Below are positions 32,200 to 48,532 of a DNA stretch of 64,000 nucleotides, one piece after another. The stretch lies in assembly GCF_009914755.1 (NCBI RefSeq), contig NC_060929.1; one strand, written 5' to 3'. A program made the position numbers and the translations under genes. The notes beneath the pieces are model-generated. The model worked only from the letters and a program-made list of their open reading frames with translations, did no database searches and had not been told where the DNA came from. Position 1 is the first letter of the stretch; every line of letters begins with the position of its first letter. Source of the stretch: the human T2T-CHM13v2.0 reference genome, Homo sapiens.

Positions 32200-32938
32200 T
32201 AATAAAGAAATGTACATACAATAACCAACTGTTATCTAAAAATTGAAATGCGTAACAGTTAAGTAGAACACAAAGTCCATATAGATTATACTTAATAAAA
32301 AATTTTACTGCCAATATACAACTAAAAATCAGCCAATTAGTCTAGATACGACAAAGAATAAACACAAACTCAATGTATGCCTTTGAGGCTTGACAACTTT
32401 GCTGAATTATGAATCCCTCAGGGAAGACAGACATAATTTGTTACCTAAATATAAGAACTACGAGCAACAGTTTCCTATCACTTGTTGGCCATTTGATGAA
32501 TTGATTCTTGATGGTTGACACTAACAAACTGATTACATATGTGTGTATACACACCTTAAGGGAATGGAAAGATAGCCGTGAGAGAAGAAAAGGATGGTAA
32601 AAGAAAAAAAAAAAACACAACAGTGATGTCTTTCAAAGGCAGATAACTGAGTTCTATCTGTAAACTTCCTTTGCTTGTGAATTCATTTGTAAACACTAAT
32701 CCATATCTAGTTCACTCAATTTGAGAATATTTAATAAGAAAAACTTCATTAATTAAACACACTTGTTTTATTTTTTGGAAAAGGAAAAGATAAATGTAAT
32801 TATGAACCCACAGTAACAAACCATAGAAAAAGTTAAGTATCTTTCCCAAAGAATGAGAATAACTTAGGAGAAGAAACTAAAACCTTAGTAGGACTCTGAG
32901 AAAGTATTTCCCAGCATTTTACAAGCTCTAGCAGCCTC

Positions 32939-34001
32939 TGTAGGGTTGAAAAGGTACTACCCATCGCCAGGGTCATGGCAGATACTCCTACAAAAAAAGG
33001 CAGGTGAGCAAGAGAGACGCACAGCACATTTGCTTAACAAAGTTTTATGTGACATGGGAGCTTTTTGAAATGAAGACCCAAAGATCCAAGGAAAACTGTG
33101 TAGTTTTATGGTTTTCTTTCACGGAGAATGGACAAGCATGTAGAAATGTGATTGGACAAACGATTGAATGAGAACGAACTGAGAGGGAACCCACTAAGAC
33201 CTGTTTGTGCAGATTCTTCCTGGCCAATCTGTAACATTTCTTCCTTTGGGGGTCGAGGGCAAAACACCTGTCATTTCGCAGCCTTTAGGGGAGAAGGGAG
33301 AAGGTCAGACAGTAATATTTCTTGCTTTGAGGGAGAGGAGTTCTACTTTCTATGGCTTACTTCAGGAGAGAAATGAGGGAAAGTGAAGGAAGATGGGAGA
33401 AGGTCAGAGGGAATTTTTTGCTCTTCTAGGGATGGAAAAATTCCACTTCCACCCTCTTAGGGTCTTGGCTGGGTCTGAGAATTAAATTAACATAATATAG
33501 ATTAACAGGTGAAAAACATACAAATTTATTTAATACAAGTTTTACATGGCAGGGGAGCCCTCATACATAAATGAAGACCCGAAGAAGCAGTTAGAGTGAG
33601 TTACTTATATACTGAATTGGACAAGGAATTACAAGTTGTGAAGAAGCAACTAACTTGTGTGGAGAGGCTTTAAAAGATAAGAGTGATTCTATCAAAGTCT
33701 ACAGTATTCTCTTGGTTTTAACTTTTCATCCCTGAAGATAAGGATGCTGTCTTTCCTCCTAGTACAGGGAGAGTGTCTTCCACACTGGAATTTCATCTTC
33801 TGCTCTTAAGAAACAGCATGAAGGTCAAAGTGATCTTCTGGCATCTGCTGTTTTTCAGGTGTTTTTAGCTTAAACAGTTAACATGCCAGAATATCATATT
33901 TGAACACCTTAACTTCTGAGGCCCTTCCATCCTCCTTCAGTCCAAAGTACCCACTATGCCAAAGTACCAAATTTTGGGGTATCACGCTCTGAGCTCTAAT
34001 A
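32939..34001 (-). mobile_element. ERV1 LTR (MER34/MER39-like) with a second related LTR nested at ~33427-33911
   Basis: Motif aagtttta(t/c)...atgg...aaatgaagaccc appears twice (~33040-33085, ~33535-33585); the outer terminus gccaaagtaccaaattttggggtatc resumes after the inner copy. Confidence 0.65.
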
Positions 34002-35164
34002 CCTCTTAATTAAATATAGTGATGGTCATTTTAAAACATACTATTTTTATACAAAAATATGTAGGTATTAGAAAATATACACTTTAAAAAATTACTTGCA
34101 ATTCCACTTTCCAGAAAGGATAGAATTTGCATTTTGGTGATTATATTTTCAGAATGTTTTCTATATGGGGCTTTGAGGCAGAGAAAAGAAATGAAGTGGC
34201 AGAGAGGATATCAAATATTGTGATATTTTGAGAAATCCTTTGAGGAATTTTTACAGATATATATATATAAATATTTGACAATTCCAAATTATTTCAGAGT
34301 AATTGATAAATCCAAAAATTTGCACAAGAAAGAGTAAGACCTAGAAGATGATGAAAACATCACAGAGAAGGAGTGGGGGTAGATACCAGTCATGAGAGGT
34401 GATCTATTTGTAAGTCACAAAACTAATACTGTTGTCTTGACTGGTATTGAAAATTCAACAAAAGAGGAGGAGGAGGTGGAGACATAAAATGAGAACTATC
34501 AGAGTGTAATTTTGAAACTTGTTTCAAGTGTGTGGGCAGGCAGTGGTCGGGGAGGGCGCTCTGGTATATCAGTGCACTCCATACTTGAGTTGAGGTTAAA
34601 AAATGCATGCATATCACAATAGCAGATTGAAACCTTATACACTGAGCCCTTGGAGAGCAGAACAAAGAGGAAGTGGAGAAAGGATTCCACCACCAGGTGA
34701 TAATACTCACCGGTCCAAAGGGAAATAAGAGAGGGAAAAATCATTGCATTCAATCAAAACCTTATGCTCTGATGCCAAACTTACACTGCCCAGCTAATGG
34801 AAGTGGTTTGACCCATTGACCTGCAGGGTACAACATTAATACTTTAAAGACTCATCACATGTCCTCTTGAGAAAAGAGTGCACTCCTTCCAGGATGCTTC
34901 TGACACTTCACTCCCCGTTCCAGTAGCAGCTGAAAGATTATGCCTCTTTTGACTGGGTTTCCTTGTAACCCTGACTAAAAACTACCTTAGGCTTGAGGGG
35001 TTGGATGGACTATCTCCCTGGGTCAAGCCGGGAGTCAGAGGTTCTTAGTGAATTCAACTGAGATTAAATTTTGCTATGTAATTAAATCACAGCAAAAACT
35101 ACAATGATATGGAGGAGAGAAGACAGCCTGTGGTTTGGAACATAACTCAGTCTGCTATTAAAAT

Positions 35165-35375
35165 GCATAGGGTGTCTATAGCTAACAACAGTGTACTGTA
35201 TATTTCTAAATAGCTAGAAGAGAAGAGTTGAAATGTTCCCAATACAAAGAAATAATAAATGTTTGAGGTGATGGATACCCTAATACCCTGATTTGATCAT
35301 TACACATCATATGCATGTTCAAAATATTACATATGCCCCATAAATATCTACAAATATTATTTATCAATAAAAAAT
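35165..35375 (+). mobile_element. L1MA 3' end fragment
   Basis: aaatagctagaagagaagagttgaaatgttccc...ataccctgatttgatcattacac...tcaataaaaaa. Confidence 0.8.
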
Positions 35376-37489
35376 GTATGCATAAAATGAGCAGGGCATG
35401 AGTATAATGTACTGTTCTGGATGACTTGAAGAAATACTGCCATTGAACACAAAAACACATTTGCTAGAGTGCAAAGGTCAGGGTGAGAATGAGTCATTGA
35501 GTCCTGGAGACCTCAGGGCCATTAGCTGTAGTCAAATATCAGCCCTGCCAATCATTACTAATTGATGACCTAGGATTCTGCTCAGAGTCCCCTACTAAAT
35601 GCTAGCCATGTGTCAGCCATCATGCTACCCAAGAGAGTCGTTTGGTGGACGTATTGAGAGATCTGCGTGCCTGAGCCAATGTGAGAACAAGATGGCAAAG
35701 TTCACACACGTAAGTGTAAAATTCATCACTGCACTGTAGGTGAACTCAGGTTTGGTCTTTTAAAGTCATTCATCAAAAAAGAAAAGGCAAATGCAAAGGT
35801 ATTGTCTTCATAATTTTTCCTCATCACTTGAGAGCACAGACTGGGAAAATGAGGCTCCAAGAATGCCCAAATATGTTGTTAGTGCTACATGGAATTTCAA
35901 AGAATAGGGTATGGATCCACTTGGAGAGATCAGACATGATTTAAACATCTAAAGAACAAGTCATGGCAATATAGACCTTATATTCAGGGCTTTTCACCTA
36001 TATCTTCTTTCTATTAACTAGTAGTGTGCTACAGGGGAGCCCAGGGCAGCTGCCTTTTAAGCCGCAAATCTATCTGTTCTCCTTAACTTCTCTCTGGGTA
36101 GGGGCACAGAGTCTCAGTCCTCACCACACCTCCAATTCCAAGGAGTAATCTGGAATTGCAGAAGCATTCAGTTATTTCTTTCCCTTGCATCAAAAACATT
36201 CAGGTGAATCTGAGTCTAGAGAGAGGAGCACATCCTAAGTGTAAATGGCTCCTTTCAAACCTTTTAGAGTCTTTCTTTTCCTTCTTCCCTCTCTCTCCTA
36301 CGTTTACCCATCCTGAGGTCCTTCCTCAGGAGCACTCTCCGAAAAGGGCCTAAGATTTGCTGCTGTGTTCCAATTCTGGTCAAATCTCTATTTGGTACTT
36401 TAATGGGTTAGAGAATTTGAAAGATCAGGGGAAATCCTAAACTGGACAGAACCTAGATGTTTACAAGAGCCTCTCCCTTGGTCTTAGAGTGAAAATGACA
36501 TTTATTTGATTGAGTCCCTGTGGTGTTGCAAAGCTTTGCATGTAGGGGATGTAAACTTTTTCTGTTTCACTGATGATTTTAGTCGTATAATAATAAAATC
36601 CCCACTCCCTCCAAGACAACCTTTCTCCTCTCCTGCTTCTTGATGAAAGTCTATTCTTGGATTAATGTCAGCTGTTTATCCAAAGCTGGGCTGACAAGCT
36701 TCAAAGACATTTTAGTAATAACCCCATTGCTGTTTCTACCACTTACTTATCACTGTGATATGAGAACACAGAACTAGGAATTTTGGGTGCTCCTAGCCCC
36801 CAACAAGGTGAAATCTGGTTCCCGAGAGAGGAGAGTAGGCTGTCAGCTAAATTGCACACAGAGCATCTTGCCTGCAAGAGCTTCTGAATGCTCTGAAAAC
36901 TCTCTGGTCTTATGATGCCTCTACTCTGCAAAAGGATCATTGCTGAGGTCAAATGACTCTCTCTGTCATCACTCAGTAACTGAACAGCTACACCAGATAT
37001 AGAATCCTGCCTAGTACTCCTGTCTCTCAGGCAGGACCGTAAAACACTGCAAACAGGAGGAAGCAGGAAGAAGTCACCCATGAAGTCCTTGCCCCTGATA
37101 AAAAACAAAACTCATCCGGCCTCTGAAGTCATAATAGTTCTTGCAGCTTGGAGTGTGCCGCCATCCTCCCCAAACACATCTCGACTCTGAAAGTGACCCT
37201 ATGAAGGCTATGACTGCTAAGCAGCAGGCAGAACAGGTGGGTGCATTTGCTATGTTGAACAGCAGCATTCCGGGAGGATAACGTAAATTCTACTTAAGCC
37301 AAACTGCTACTGGGGGCTGGGCTCAAGTCATGCCCTCAGGTTGCAGAAAGGGGATGATGGATGCTGGCCTTGCAGTTCTCTGCGCTTGCTGGATGATACA
37401 TGGAGCAGTGGTGTTGGCCTCTGAGGGTGGCTGCCCAGTCGTTGGCTGGAGCAGGGGTACAAAGCAGCACAGCACAGTGTTGGCTAAGG

Positions 37490-37690
37490 TTCCGCAGTAA
37501 GACTACCTGAGTTCCAGTCCCATTAGGCTTGCTACCATTTAGCTATGAGAATTTACTTCACTTCTTTCTGTCTCCATTTCTTTATCTGTAAAATGCAGAT
37601 GATAATAGCACTTACCTCATAGGGTCCATCGTTAGGATTAAGTGAGCTAATGTGAGTAAAGTACTCAGTACCTGGCGTATAGTAAGAACT
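37490..37690 (+). mobile_element. MIR
   Basis: tttctttatctgtaaaatgcagatgataatagcacttacctcataggg...taagtgagctaatg. Confidence 0.78.
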
Positions 37691-37691
37691 A

Positions 37692-38260
<569 letters not shown>

Positions 38261-38529
38261 TATGAAGCCCAGCTGGTAAAATGAAAGATGTGAAAAAATA
38301 AGAATAAAATTTGAAATATAAAATTATCACCAACTATGTAAAAAAAAATTGTGTGCACAGAAAAAAAAGAAAGGAAATTTACTGGATACTGACTGTAGTT
38401 GTATTAGAAGAGTGGTAGGAATGTAATTAACTCTTTAATAGATATATTTTTGTTTTCCTTAAAGTGCTTATGTTAATTTTATAGTGGAAAAATGAGCAGA
38501 GTTAACTACATACGTACACACACACACAC

Positions 38530-39170
38530 TTTATATTATGGAAAATTTCAAACATATGGACTAATAGTATAATTTAAGTACTCATTAGTGGCTCCAAAAA
38601 TTATCAATGTTTTGCCAATCTTCTTTCATTTCAATTAAATAAAATTTCTTTCATTGTATTTATCTCAGAGACCATGTCATTTCACCTGAAATAGCCCAAT
38701 ATATATTTTAAAAACATAACTACCACATCATCATCAACATTTAACAAAAATCCTAATAATTCCTCAATATCATCTGACACCTAGTCCATATTCAAGTTTC
38801 CCCAATGGAGAAAGATGGCTTTTACAGTTTGTTTCCTTGAACGAGGGTTCAAACATGGCACTGTGTTATTACTTTAAATCTTTTTTTATTCCATAATGGT
38901 TATCCTCTCTTTCTCTTTCATGCCAGCAATTTCTTGAAGAAGCTGATCATTTGTCCTGTGGAATGTCCCATGTTCCAATTTTGGCTAATTGCTTCCTTAT
39001 GGTTGCTTGTTTCTCTAGTCCCCACATTTCCTGTGGCCGCTGGTTGGACTAAGAGAGTGATCCAGGCAAGAGTTTTCACGGGTGGTGCCAGATACTTCCT
39101 CCTGTGTCATATTCTGACACATTTAATGCCCGGCTGTGCCACTTTTAGTGACGCTAAGATTGCATCTAAG
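38530..39170 (-). mobile_element. Old L1M (L1MC/ME-like) 3' region
   Basis: ttatattatggaaaatttcaaacata ... aataattcctcaatatcatc ... catttgtcctgtggaatgtccca. Confidence 0.6.
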
Positions 39171-39621
39171 TGTAATACATTTAGGAACAAAATTAAATAG
39201 GGGGAAATACTTGGAACAACAGAAATGCCAGACACAGAAGAAACTGATTTCAGCAAAACATGAGACAGGGTTTTCTCTGAATTCCTTTGGCCCTCCTGAG
39301 GGCTTCACATCCCCATCCTTGGTCACTACAAAGCCTTGGAATGCCTCTACCTGGACCTGTACCTCCAATCATCCTTCGCACTGCAGCCACCAAAGTTCTA
39401 AAGTGCAAATCAGACCACTTCACCATCCTGGTTTAACTTTTCCAGTGGCTTTCTGTGGTCTGCTGGAAAAATGTAAATTTCTTTAGTTCATCACTTAAGC
39501 ACCCTCATGATCTAGCCCGTGCCTACCTTCCCTACCTTCTCACCCATAATTCTCTTTCTCTCTTCCTATATATCATGCTTCTCACCAATGCTCCAACCAC
39601 ACTCAGCTCCATGTAGTTCTA

Positions 39622-39762
<141 letters not shown>

Positions 39763-40234
39763 TAGCTCTCTTGATATGATGCTCCTTCACAACTCTGGGT
39801 CTTGGATTGGTTATCCTCCTGCCTAAAATGTCTTTCCTTTCGTCTGCTTGGCAGTTTTCCACCCATCTTTCAAGACTGCTGAGCCAGCCATTTTTGACCT
39901 CCCTAGTCTAGTGTGAATGCCTGTCCTCTGTTTCTTCATGGGTCCTCATGAGTACCTCAACTTATTCCATCATTCCATCCCAGTGGGCTTTACTGGGCTT
40001 GGCACACTGCAGGTGCCCAGTGATCATCTGTTGAATGAAAGAATTTAAAATGAAGCACTGTAGAAAGGATGAAAAAAGTGCTGGGTGAATTTGCCATTGG
40101 CTGAACAAGCACACCCAAAAGATTGCTAAGTGCTGAGTATGCTGAGTGACCACATCTGTACCAGAGCACCCTCACTGTCTTTATTTCTGCTCTGCTCAAC
40201 ATTTTCATCCCTTTAGGAGCTTGAGTTTGCTTGA

Positions 40235-40569
40235 ATTGCAAACATAAGCAAAACCTACCTTGAGCTATTTCCTTTAGGTGCCTATATTAAAGAAAAACAC
40301 AATGTAAGCTCAACCAATCAGAAGCAGCCAATGAACTTATATAACTAAACTTTCCAACAAGATAGACCGAATAAAGCAACTGCATAACTGTAACCAATAA
40401 AATATCTTTTTTGCTTTACTTCTGTGCTTGTCCTCTAAAAGCCTCCCCATTGTGTTCTCTTGGTGGATCTCCCCAACCACCTCTGGTTTGGAACTGCCTG
40501 ACTTGCAAACTGTAGCTTGCTCAAATGAACTCTTTAAAATTTCACTGTGCTTCAGTTTATTTGTTAACA
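40235..40569 (+). mobile_element. ERV1-type LTR fragment
   Basis: Repeated CCAAT boxes, gctcaaatgaactctttaaaattt, ends ttgttaaca. Confidence 0.55.
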
Positions 40570-40809
40570 ATAGTATCCACCACAAACTTTGTTTTGAGGA
40601 TTAAATGAATTAATATACATAAAGTGCTTAGAACACTGCCTAGAACATAGTTCTATTCAAAAGCTTGTTATTAATATTCTGCATAGGTCTTCACCTCTCT
40701 ACTTGTTAGCTGGCTCTGCATACTTTGTGTTTAAGTTTTGTTTTATCCACAGCACATCTGGCATAAAGCTTTAGAGGATGAATGAATCTTATAGAAGCAC
40801 TTGGGAGAT

Positions 40810-41050
40810 TGTTCAGGGTGGTAGTAAAGAGGATGAACTTTGGAGCCTGGCTGCCCAGGTTCCCACCCTGGCTGCCCCTCTGACCACTGAGTAACCTTCA
40901 CCACACAGATGGAAGCCTTCTGTAGCTGTTTCCTTGTCTGTAAAATGACAGTAGTCCTGGGTCTGTTGTGACATTTACATGAGATCATTCATGTAAAGCT
41001 CCCAGCATAAAGGCTGGCAAATGGGAATGGCTCACTAAATGTGATTTCCT
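40810..41050 (+). mobile_element. MIR
   Basis: ctgtttccttgtctgtaaaatgacagtagt...atgagatcattcatgtaaagc. Confidence 0.7.
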
Positions 41051-41315
41051 ATTAGTAAGTATTTTCCTTCCTTGGGAATTTGCATTTTAACATGAACTAA
41101 GGAGGGGGCCTATTTGAAGGCAAGCCAGCATTTTGGACCTATCCCAATAATCAGTAATCTTATTTTTTTTCATTCTATCTTGACTATCACATCAATCCTG
41201 TTTATACTTGCACAAATAAAGTGGTTGGAATCCTGCCTGTTCACCAGAATGAATGACATGAATGACTTCTATTTCTGTCATTGGCTGTATTCAGCATAGC
41301 CCCTCTCGTTAACTC

Positions 41316-41347
<32 letters not shown>

Positions 41348-42039
41348 GCAACCAAATCATTCAGGTTCAAGGGGATGGGAACAATCCAGGGACTCAGAAC
41401 AAACGTGATTCTTCAGCAGCCCACTAATCAGCCAAGGCGGGTGAGACTTCCCAAAGGGCTGTGACTTCACAGCCAGGGGCCTCAGGCTAAAACTGTCCCT
41501 AATGGAAATCAAATAAAAATTCAGGGATTGCTTCAACAACCCAGCACTGGACTTCAGCTGAACTGACCATTCCTCAGGGAGGGCACCTTCATAGGCAGCA
41601 AGAACCACTTAGCAAAGAAGATAGGTGAAGTGGCCTGGATCCCGGCATCCTGAGAGCTCCAGGGAAATGGCCGGTGGAAGGAACTGAGTAGGGATCTCTC
41701 CCAAAGGCTTCTGTATCCTAGCTATGCCGTATTTTTCCCTTGAAAGTTTATCTGGGAGCTGTCATAAACATATTGTCCCTGCTTTTTAACCCAAGATCAA
41801 ATGTCCACTTCATGTGATTACTTGTTAAAAATGCATCACTCTTAAATCTCACTCTTCACCAACTCCCATAGAATTACTGGTACTAAAAAACTCGTATGAT
41901 AAGCTTTCAGATATTCTAACATGTTTCTTGCTTCAAGGTTAAGTTTCATGTACCTACCTGATTTATCGTGATCAAGGTGGTGGGGAGTTTTTGAGGATTT
42001 GGAGTCTTTCCTCTAATAATATCAGCTAACACTTACTGA

Positions 42040-42434
<395 letters not shown>

Positions 42435-43534
42435 CCCAACCCTATTTTCATATGGAAAACTGAGGAGGCAGAGTTAAAATAACTTGCCCAAGCTTGTTTG
42501 AAACATTTCACACCAGGAGGGTCTGACCTGAGGGCTGAGCTTTTAAGCTGTGATGTGGACCATTCCTTTCCTTTCACCAGTCCCATGTTAATATGCATGC
42601 ATGCGTAGGACTGAGCCAAAAACAGAACTACAAGGGTATGGAACTCATGGTGATCACGCCCTTCCCTAGCTCTGGGAAAAAGCCTGAGGCACAACATCCC
42701 TCACCCTCACTATCATTTATTCTTGCAATCATTCATTCAACAAATATTTGTAATTGAGGACATTCCATGTGCCACATCCTCACCAAGGACACAGTGGCCA
42801 TCAAAACCAGATGGGACTGCTCTTACTGGGCCTACGATTCCCATGAGACACCAACACGAGGGTGGAATTTACGCTCACATAAACTTACAGCTGCAACAAG
42901 AGCTGTGAGGCACAGGAACAAGATACTGTGAGAATATGTAAAGGGGAAATCGCCTGATTAGGTCAGGGAAGTCTGTGAGTCTGTGACAGAAAAGGGGACA
43001 TCTATAGAAACAGGAGAGGGGAACGTGTAATGGGGGATAAGAAGAGCATGGGGGGAGGCCCTGTGACGGGAAAGGAGCATGGCACATCCTGGGAATGAAA
43101 GTAGACAAGGGCTGGAGGAGGCCCAGCCATGCTTAGGACTCATTCTTTATGGTGAAGGTAGTGGGAAGCCTTTGAACCACCAACTTTGGACTGCATTCCT
43201 GAGCAGTTGCTCAAGGCCAAACAGTGCCCCAGCAGCCACCTTCTGTGTCTGTCTGCCATCTATGGAGTTATCAAGGAGGCAGATCTTCATAGCATCAGCA
43301 TCCTTGAACTGTGACTTTAGTCGTGGTGATGGCCAGCTTGGGATCAGAGAGAACCAGGCCCTGGCAGCTTCCTGCTCTGTCCTGAAAGTTGACTTCCTTT
43401 GGTCTGTTGAATCATGGCATTTCCAGGAAGATCAAATATCACAAGAGAGAGATAGTAATTACACAATGTATTTGGGACAAAGATCACTCATACTTCTTTG
43501 CAAATAAGTCAGCTAATAATATTAAGAGTAATTT

Positions 43535-43841
43535 GGCTGGGTGCAATCGTTCATGTCTGTAATTCCAGCACTTTGAGAGGCCAAGGCTGGCAGATAGCTT
43601 GAGCCAAGGAGTTCAAGATTAGCCTGAGCAACAGAGCAAGACCCCCATTTCTACAAAAAAATTGTAAAAAATTAGCCAGGTGTGGCACGTGCCTGTAGTC
43701 CCAGCTGCTTGGGGAGGTTGAGGCAGGAGGATCACTTGAGCTGAGGAGGTTGGGGCTGCAGTAAGCCAAGATCACACCACTGCACTCCAGCCTGGGTGAC
43801 AGAGCTAGACCCTGTTTCCAAAAAAGAAAAAGAAAAAAAAA
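43535..43841 (+). mobile_element. Alu (AluJ-like)
   Basis: Dimer with A-tail; TSD-like ga(g/a)taattt. Confidence 0.93.
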
Positions 43842-44632
43842 TGAATAATTTCAGTGTACTGAATTAACAGAATTCCACAGATTGTACCCTGCTATCTCTG
43901 CCTTTTCTGCCTTATCTCACTGTAAATTATTTGCTTGAGAAATGTGTTTATGCATAGTTTTCTGGAACAAAGCTGCCCGATGGCATTCCACAAGCATAGA
44001 AAAAATAATGATTATGGTGACTCACTTCTTGCTCGTTACTTAAATATTATTCACTAAACTTTGCTAACAAGAAAGAGTTACTATAAAATCGCTTCTCTGC
44101 CTCACTGGATATAATTTTCTCTTCAGTTTCAGATGCCATCTCCAGTGCTATTTAAGAGAGGTTTGCATGTGGATGTGAGAGAGATTACTTGCTTATTTAT
44201 CTATTGCTTATTTACGCTTTTGTTTCAATATTTCTAGTGACCCCAACTGAGTGATTCGGATGTGAGCATGCACAGTCCCTTTACACCATGCACCTTACAA
44301 TGATGGAGAGTTGAACTCATCAACATAATTTTCAAAAGACTGACACTTTTTTTTTCAGTCATAAATGCTTATATTTTGAAGATGGAGATATTATCTAGAG
44401 GCTTCTAGATAAACCATTTAACTCTAAAGAAGAGAAAACAGAATAACCCTTCACTGAGGGAATTCCATTTATTGATTAAAAAGCTGATTGGAATTTGCAT
44501 TTGCACAGGTAGGGGGAAATCCCAATTTGTAGTCTGTGTCAAGTGGGGCCAGCCCCAGGTGAAATTGGCCATCTCAGCCCATGAAAGCAAGAGAAAATGT
44601 CAGCTGGGGAGATCCTCAAGAGAAAGTGTGGG

Positions 44633-45065
44633 GGATGGTGAATTTTATGTGTTAACTTGACTGAGCCATGGGATGCCCAGATATTTAGTCAAACAGTATT
44701 CTGAGTGTTTCTGTGAGGGTGTTTTTGAATGTGTTTAACATTTAAATCAATAGATAGTGTAAATGTGATTGTCCCCCAAATGTGATTGAGAATCATTTAA
44801 TCCACTGAAGGCCTAAATAGAACAAAAGGCTGACTCTTCCCCATTAAGAGGGAGTTCTTCCTACTTGACTGCCTTTGAGCTGGGGCATCATTTTTTTCCT
44901 TGCCTTTGGACTTGAACCATGAGCTCTTCCTGGGTCTTGAGCTTGCTGGCCTTCAGCCTGGAACTATACCATCAGGTCTCCTGGGTCTCCAGCTTGCTGA
45001 CTGCAGATCTTGGAACTTGTCAGCCTCCATAATCACATAAGCGTATCCCTTATAATTCTCGCTTT
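44633..45065 (+). mobile_element. ERVL LTR (MLT2-type)
   Basis: ggtgaattttatgtgttaacttgactgagccatgggatgcccagatattt...gaacttgtcagcctccataatcacataagc; followed by (CA)n at 45074-45109. Confidence 0.85.
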
Positions 45066-45072
45066 CCATACC

Positions 45073-45111
<39 letters not shown>

Positions 45112-45756
45112 TATATACATCATTTTCTCCATTTCAGTATCAGCTGATGGGAGAGGAGACAAGAGGAATGGAGGTGTTCCACTTGGAAAGGCCAGGCTCT
45201 TGGTTAGGTGGGAGGTTGGAGGTCATCTGATCCAACCTCCTGCCTGAGGCAGAAGGGCTCTCTATATCATGCTGTACATGTTCAAGCATGCGGTTCTTTG
45301 GCTTTGGCCTGAATACCTCAGAACGGCACTGCTGTGCGATGTTATCAAGGGCTCTGGAATCTGATGGCTTGTGTTTCACCTGGCCTAAACTTCCTACCAA
45401 CCATGGCCTTGGGCACATCCTTACTTGACTCATTTCTAAAATGGGATAATAATACCGCTCATCTCAGGGCTTGCTAGGATGATGCCTGGAGAATACAGAA
45501 GAACATAGTCTAGTGGCCAGTATCTATTACAATAAATGTTAGCTATTATTAGTCCTGCCATTTCTAATCTAACCTTAATTTGGGATGTAAATGCCCAGAT
45601 TCAGTAATTCCATGTTAGCTTTTCTTTTAAACTTGAGGGCAGCTGCAGATTTGATAACCATAGCTTCTATGTATTCTAAGGCCTTGCTATTCAAAATGTA
45701 GTCTGCAGAGCAGCAGCATAGATAGCACCCGGGACCTGTTAGAAATGCAGAGCTCT

Positions 45757-46070
<314 letters not shown>

Positions 46071-47669
46071 TCAGCCAATGATAAGTATTAATGTTTAATC
46101 TAAGGCTCCAAACAAAGGTGACAAGGAACACTGGGCTAGTGATAGAGTTCTATGATAACACCCTGGAGACTCCTCTCAGTTTAAAACACTGATTAACATT
46201 TAACTTTAGCCAACATAATAAAAAACAGATTTCTGGGAGGATTCTAAATATTAGAAAGGGTAGGATGAGGAAAGGGCAAGATCCCAGGCAGCAGTTGGAG
46301 CTCCTAGACTCTTCCATGTCACCGGCATTAGATGCCTCAACTCTGCCCATCTTCTGTGTATTCTATTCAAATTCTGATTAGCCCAATCTGGGTCAATGTC
46401 TTCTACTCTTGGACACCTGGCCCTGGCCAGGCTTGAATGCACAGCCAGGATGATGCTGAGTCAGAAGCCAGCCCAGTGTGTGTCCACTACAAAGACCATG
46501 TTTCAGAAAGATGCATAAGTACAGGTTTTTTGCTCAAACAGCCTTCGTAGATGTCCACTACTTGACTACGGTGGATCCTAAACAAAGTTAATACAATGTT
46601 GGGCACCTCAAACTTGCTTCAAGGAAAAAATGGAGAAGGGAGCCTGACTTAGAAAGGAGCAAGTTATTTTTGGAGGAGAACAGTATATTTACCCTATGAA
46701 ATCATTGAAAACAACTGCTAGCGTATTTGGGGTGTGCACTTAGCAGAGGCTTCATTTGGAAAGTTTAATAATACAGAGATCCTTTGTTTGAGGGGGTGTT
46801 AGCTTCCTTTAAAAATACAATCTTTAGAGGAACAGGTAGCTCCTGGATCTGGAAAATAAAGCCTGAATTTCCCAGAGGGCCATAGGTGCATAGTTGAGAA
46901 CTGAGTTTAGAATTTGAACTATGGTCATCTGAGGGAAAAGATAAGATTATCTCGTCACCTTTATCGAACCTATTGTTTAATCTTTGACAAATATATGCAT
47001 GTTGATAAAATCCCAACCACCCGGAACTCAGGTCAGGAAAAAGAGACATGTTTTTGCTCCAAGTCAGCCACTCCATTAATAGGAATATCATAGCCACATC
47101 TTTGAAAGTAATGACACCACTGTTCTCTGGAGTGTGTTCAGGTGGGTGTGCTGCATTCTAAGGAGGGCATTGAAAACTGTAGGGATTCCAGGTAAAGAGC
47201 ATCAGGGGAATGAAGAAAAGTTCTGGAAACCATGTTACACAAAGAACCATATGATATAGAACCAGAAACCAGGTGGCCATGTGGAATCGACTGCAGACAT
47301 TCTCTTCTGCTCCTGAGGGCCAAACTAAGGCCATCAAGTGGAAATTATGGAGAGTAGGATTTTGGATGAATATAAACATCACTTAAAAATCTCTGACGTA
47401 GAATTTGTTATGGATAACATGGTTTGTGATTGGGGAAAATGCCTTGATAACTCTAATTTGTGTTGGAGAGATTGCTGGAGCAGGAATGTTGTCAGACTTT
47501 ATAAGATTAGAGGAGGTCAGGGAAATTCCTATCAAGAGGCAAGGAGGGGAATTTGTTGTGTTCCTGAGAGGGAAGAGTGAACAGAAAAGTAAGAGAGGGG
47601 AGAGGGAAGCTAGGAGAAGGGTCAGAGAGGATGGAAAGGGTTTGGAAAAACAGAAACATCTCTTCATTC

Positions 47670-47990
47670 TTCATTCATTCATTTATCAATGTATATTTTT
47701 GAGTACTCAGACCTCTGTGCTAGGTGCCATTGTAGCCACTGGGGATAGGACAGTGAATAAAGTAGATGAAGTGCCTACTCTCAGGGTGGGGCGCACATTC
47801 TGGTGTAGAGACAGACAATACACTAACACAAATAAGTATACAACATGTCAACTCACAGTAGTGTTGTGAGGAAAAACAGAGCTGAGGAAAGCAATTGAGT
47901 GGCAGGTTGGTCAGGGAAGGTCTTTCTGAAATGATGTTTAGGCGGGAAACTGGATGAGGTGAGGGCTTAAGCCTGGGAAGTATCTGTGGG
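47670..47990 (-). mobile_element. L2 3' end remnant
   Basis: ttcattcattcatttatcaatgtatatttttgagtactc...tgtgctagg; a similar L2 end lies at ~42715-43180. Confidence 0.7.
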
Positions 47991-48171
47991 GAAAGCTTTT
48001 GGGAAAAATATATTTAGTCTGGGTGACTTGAGCAGAACTTTAACATGCTATGAAATTGTTAGGATTTGAACCAATCTTATCTAGATCTTGCAGGGGAAAG
48101 GGATTCCCACCTATATCTGATCAATAAAACTTGGAGTCTTCGCTCCAGAATGTTCTTTGGTTGGTCGGTTA

Positions 48172-48479
<308 letters not shown>

Positions 48480-48532
48480 TGAACATCTATCAGCCAGAGG
48501 AGGGTTACTGTATTGGGTGGGAGGTTGAATTA

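Noticed and set aside
41321-41347. Orphan poly(A) runs (also 14243-14266 and poly-T at 58859-58879)
   Set aside because: No TSD or attached retro-sequence; probably slippage expansions.
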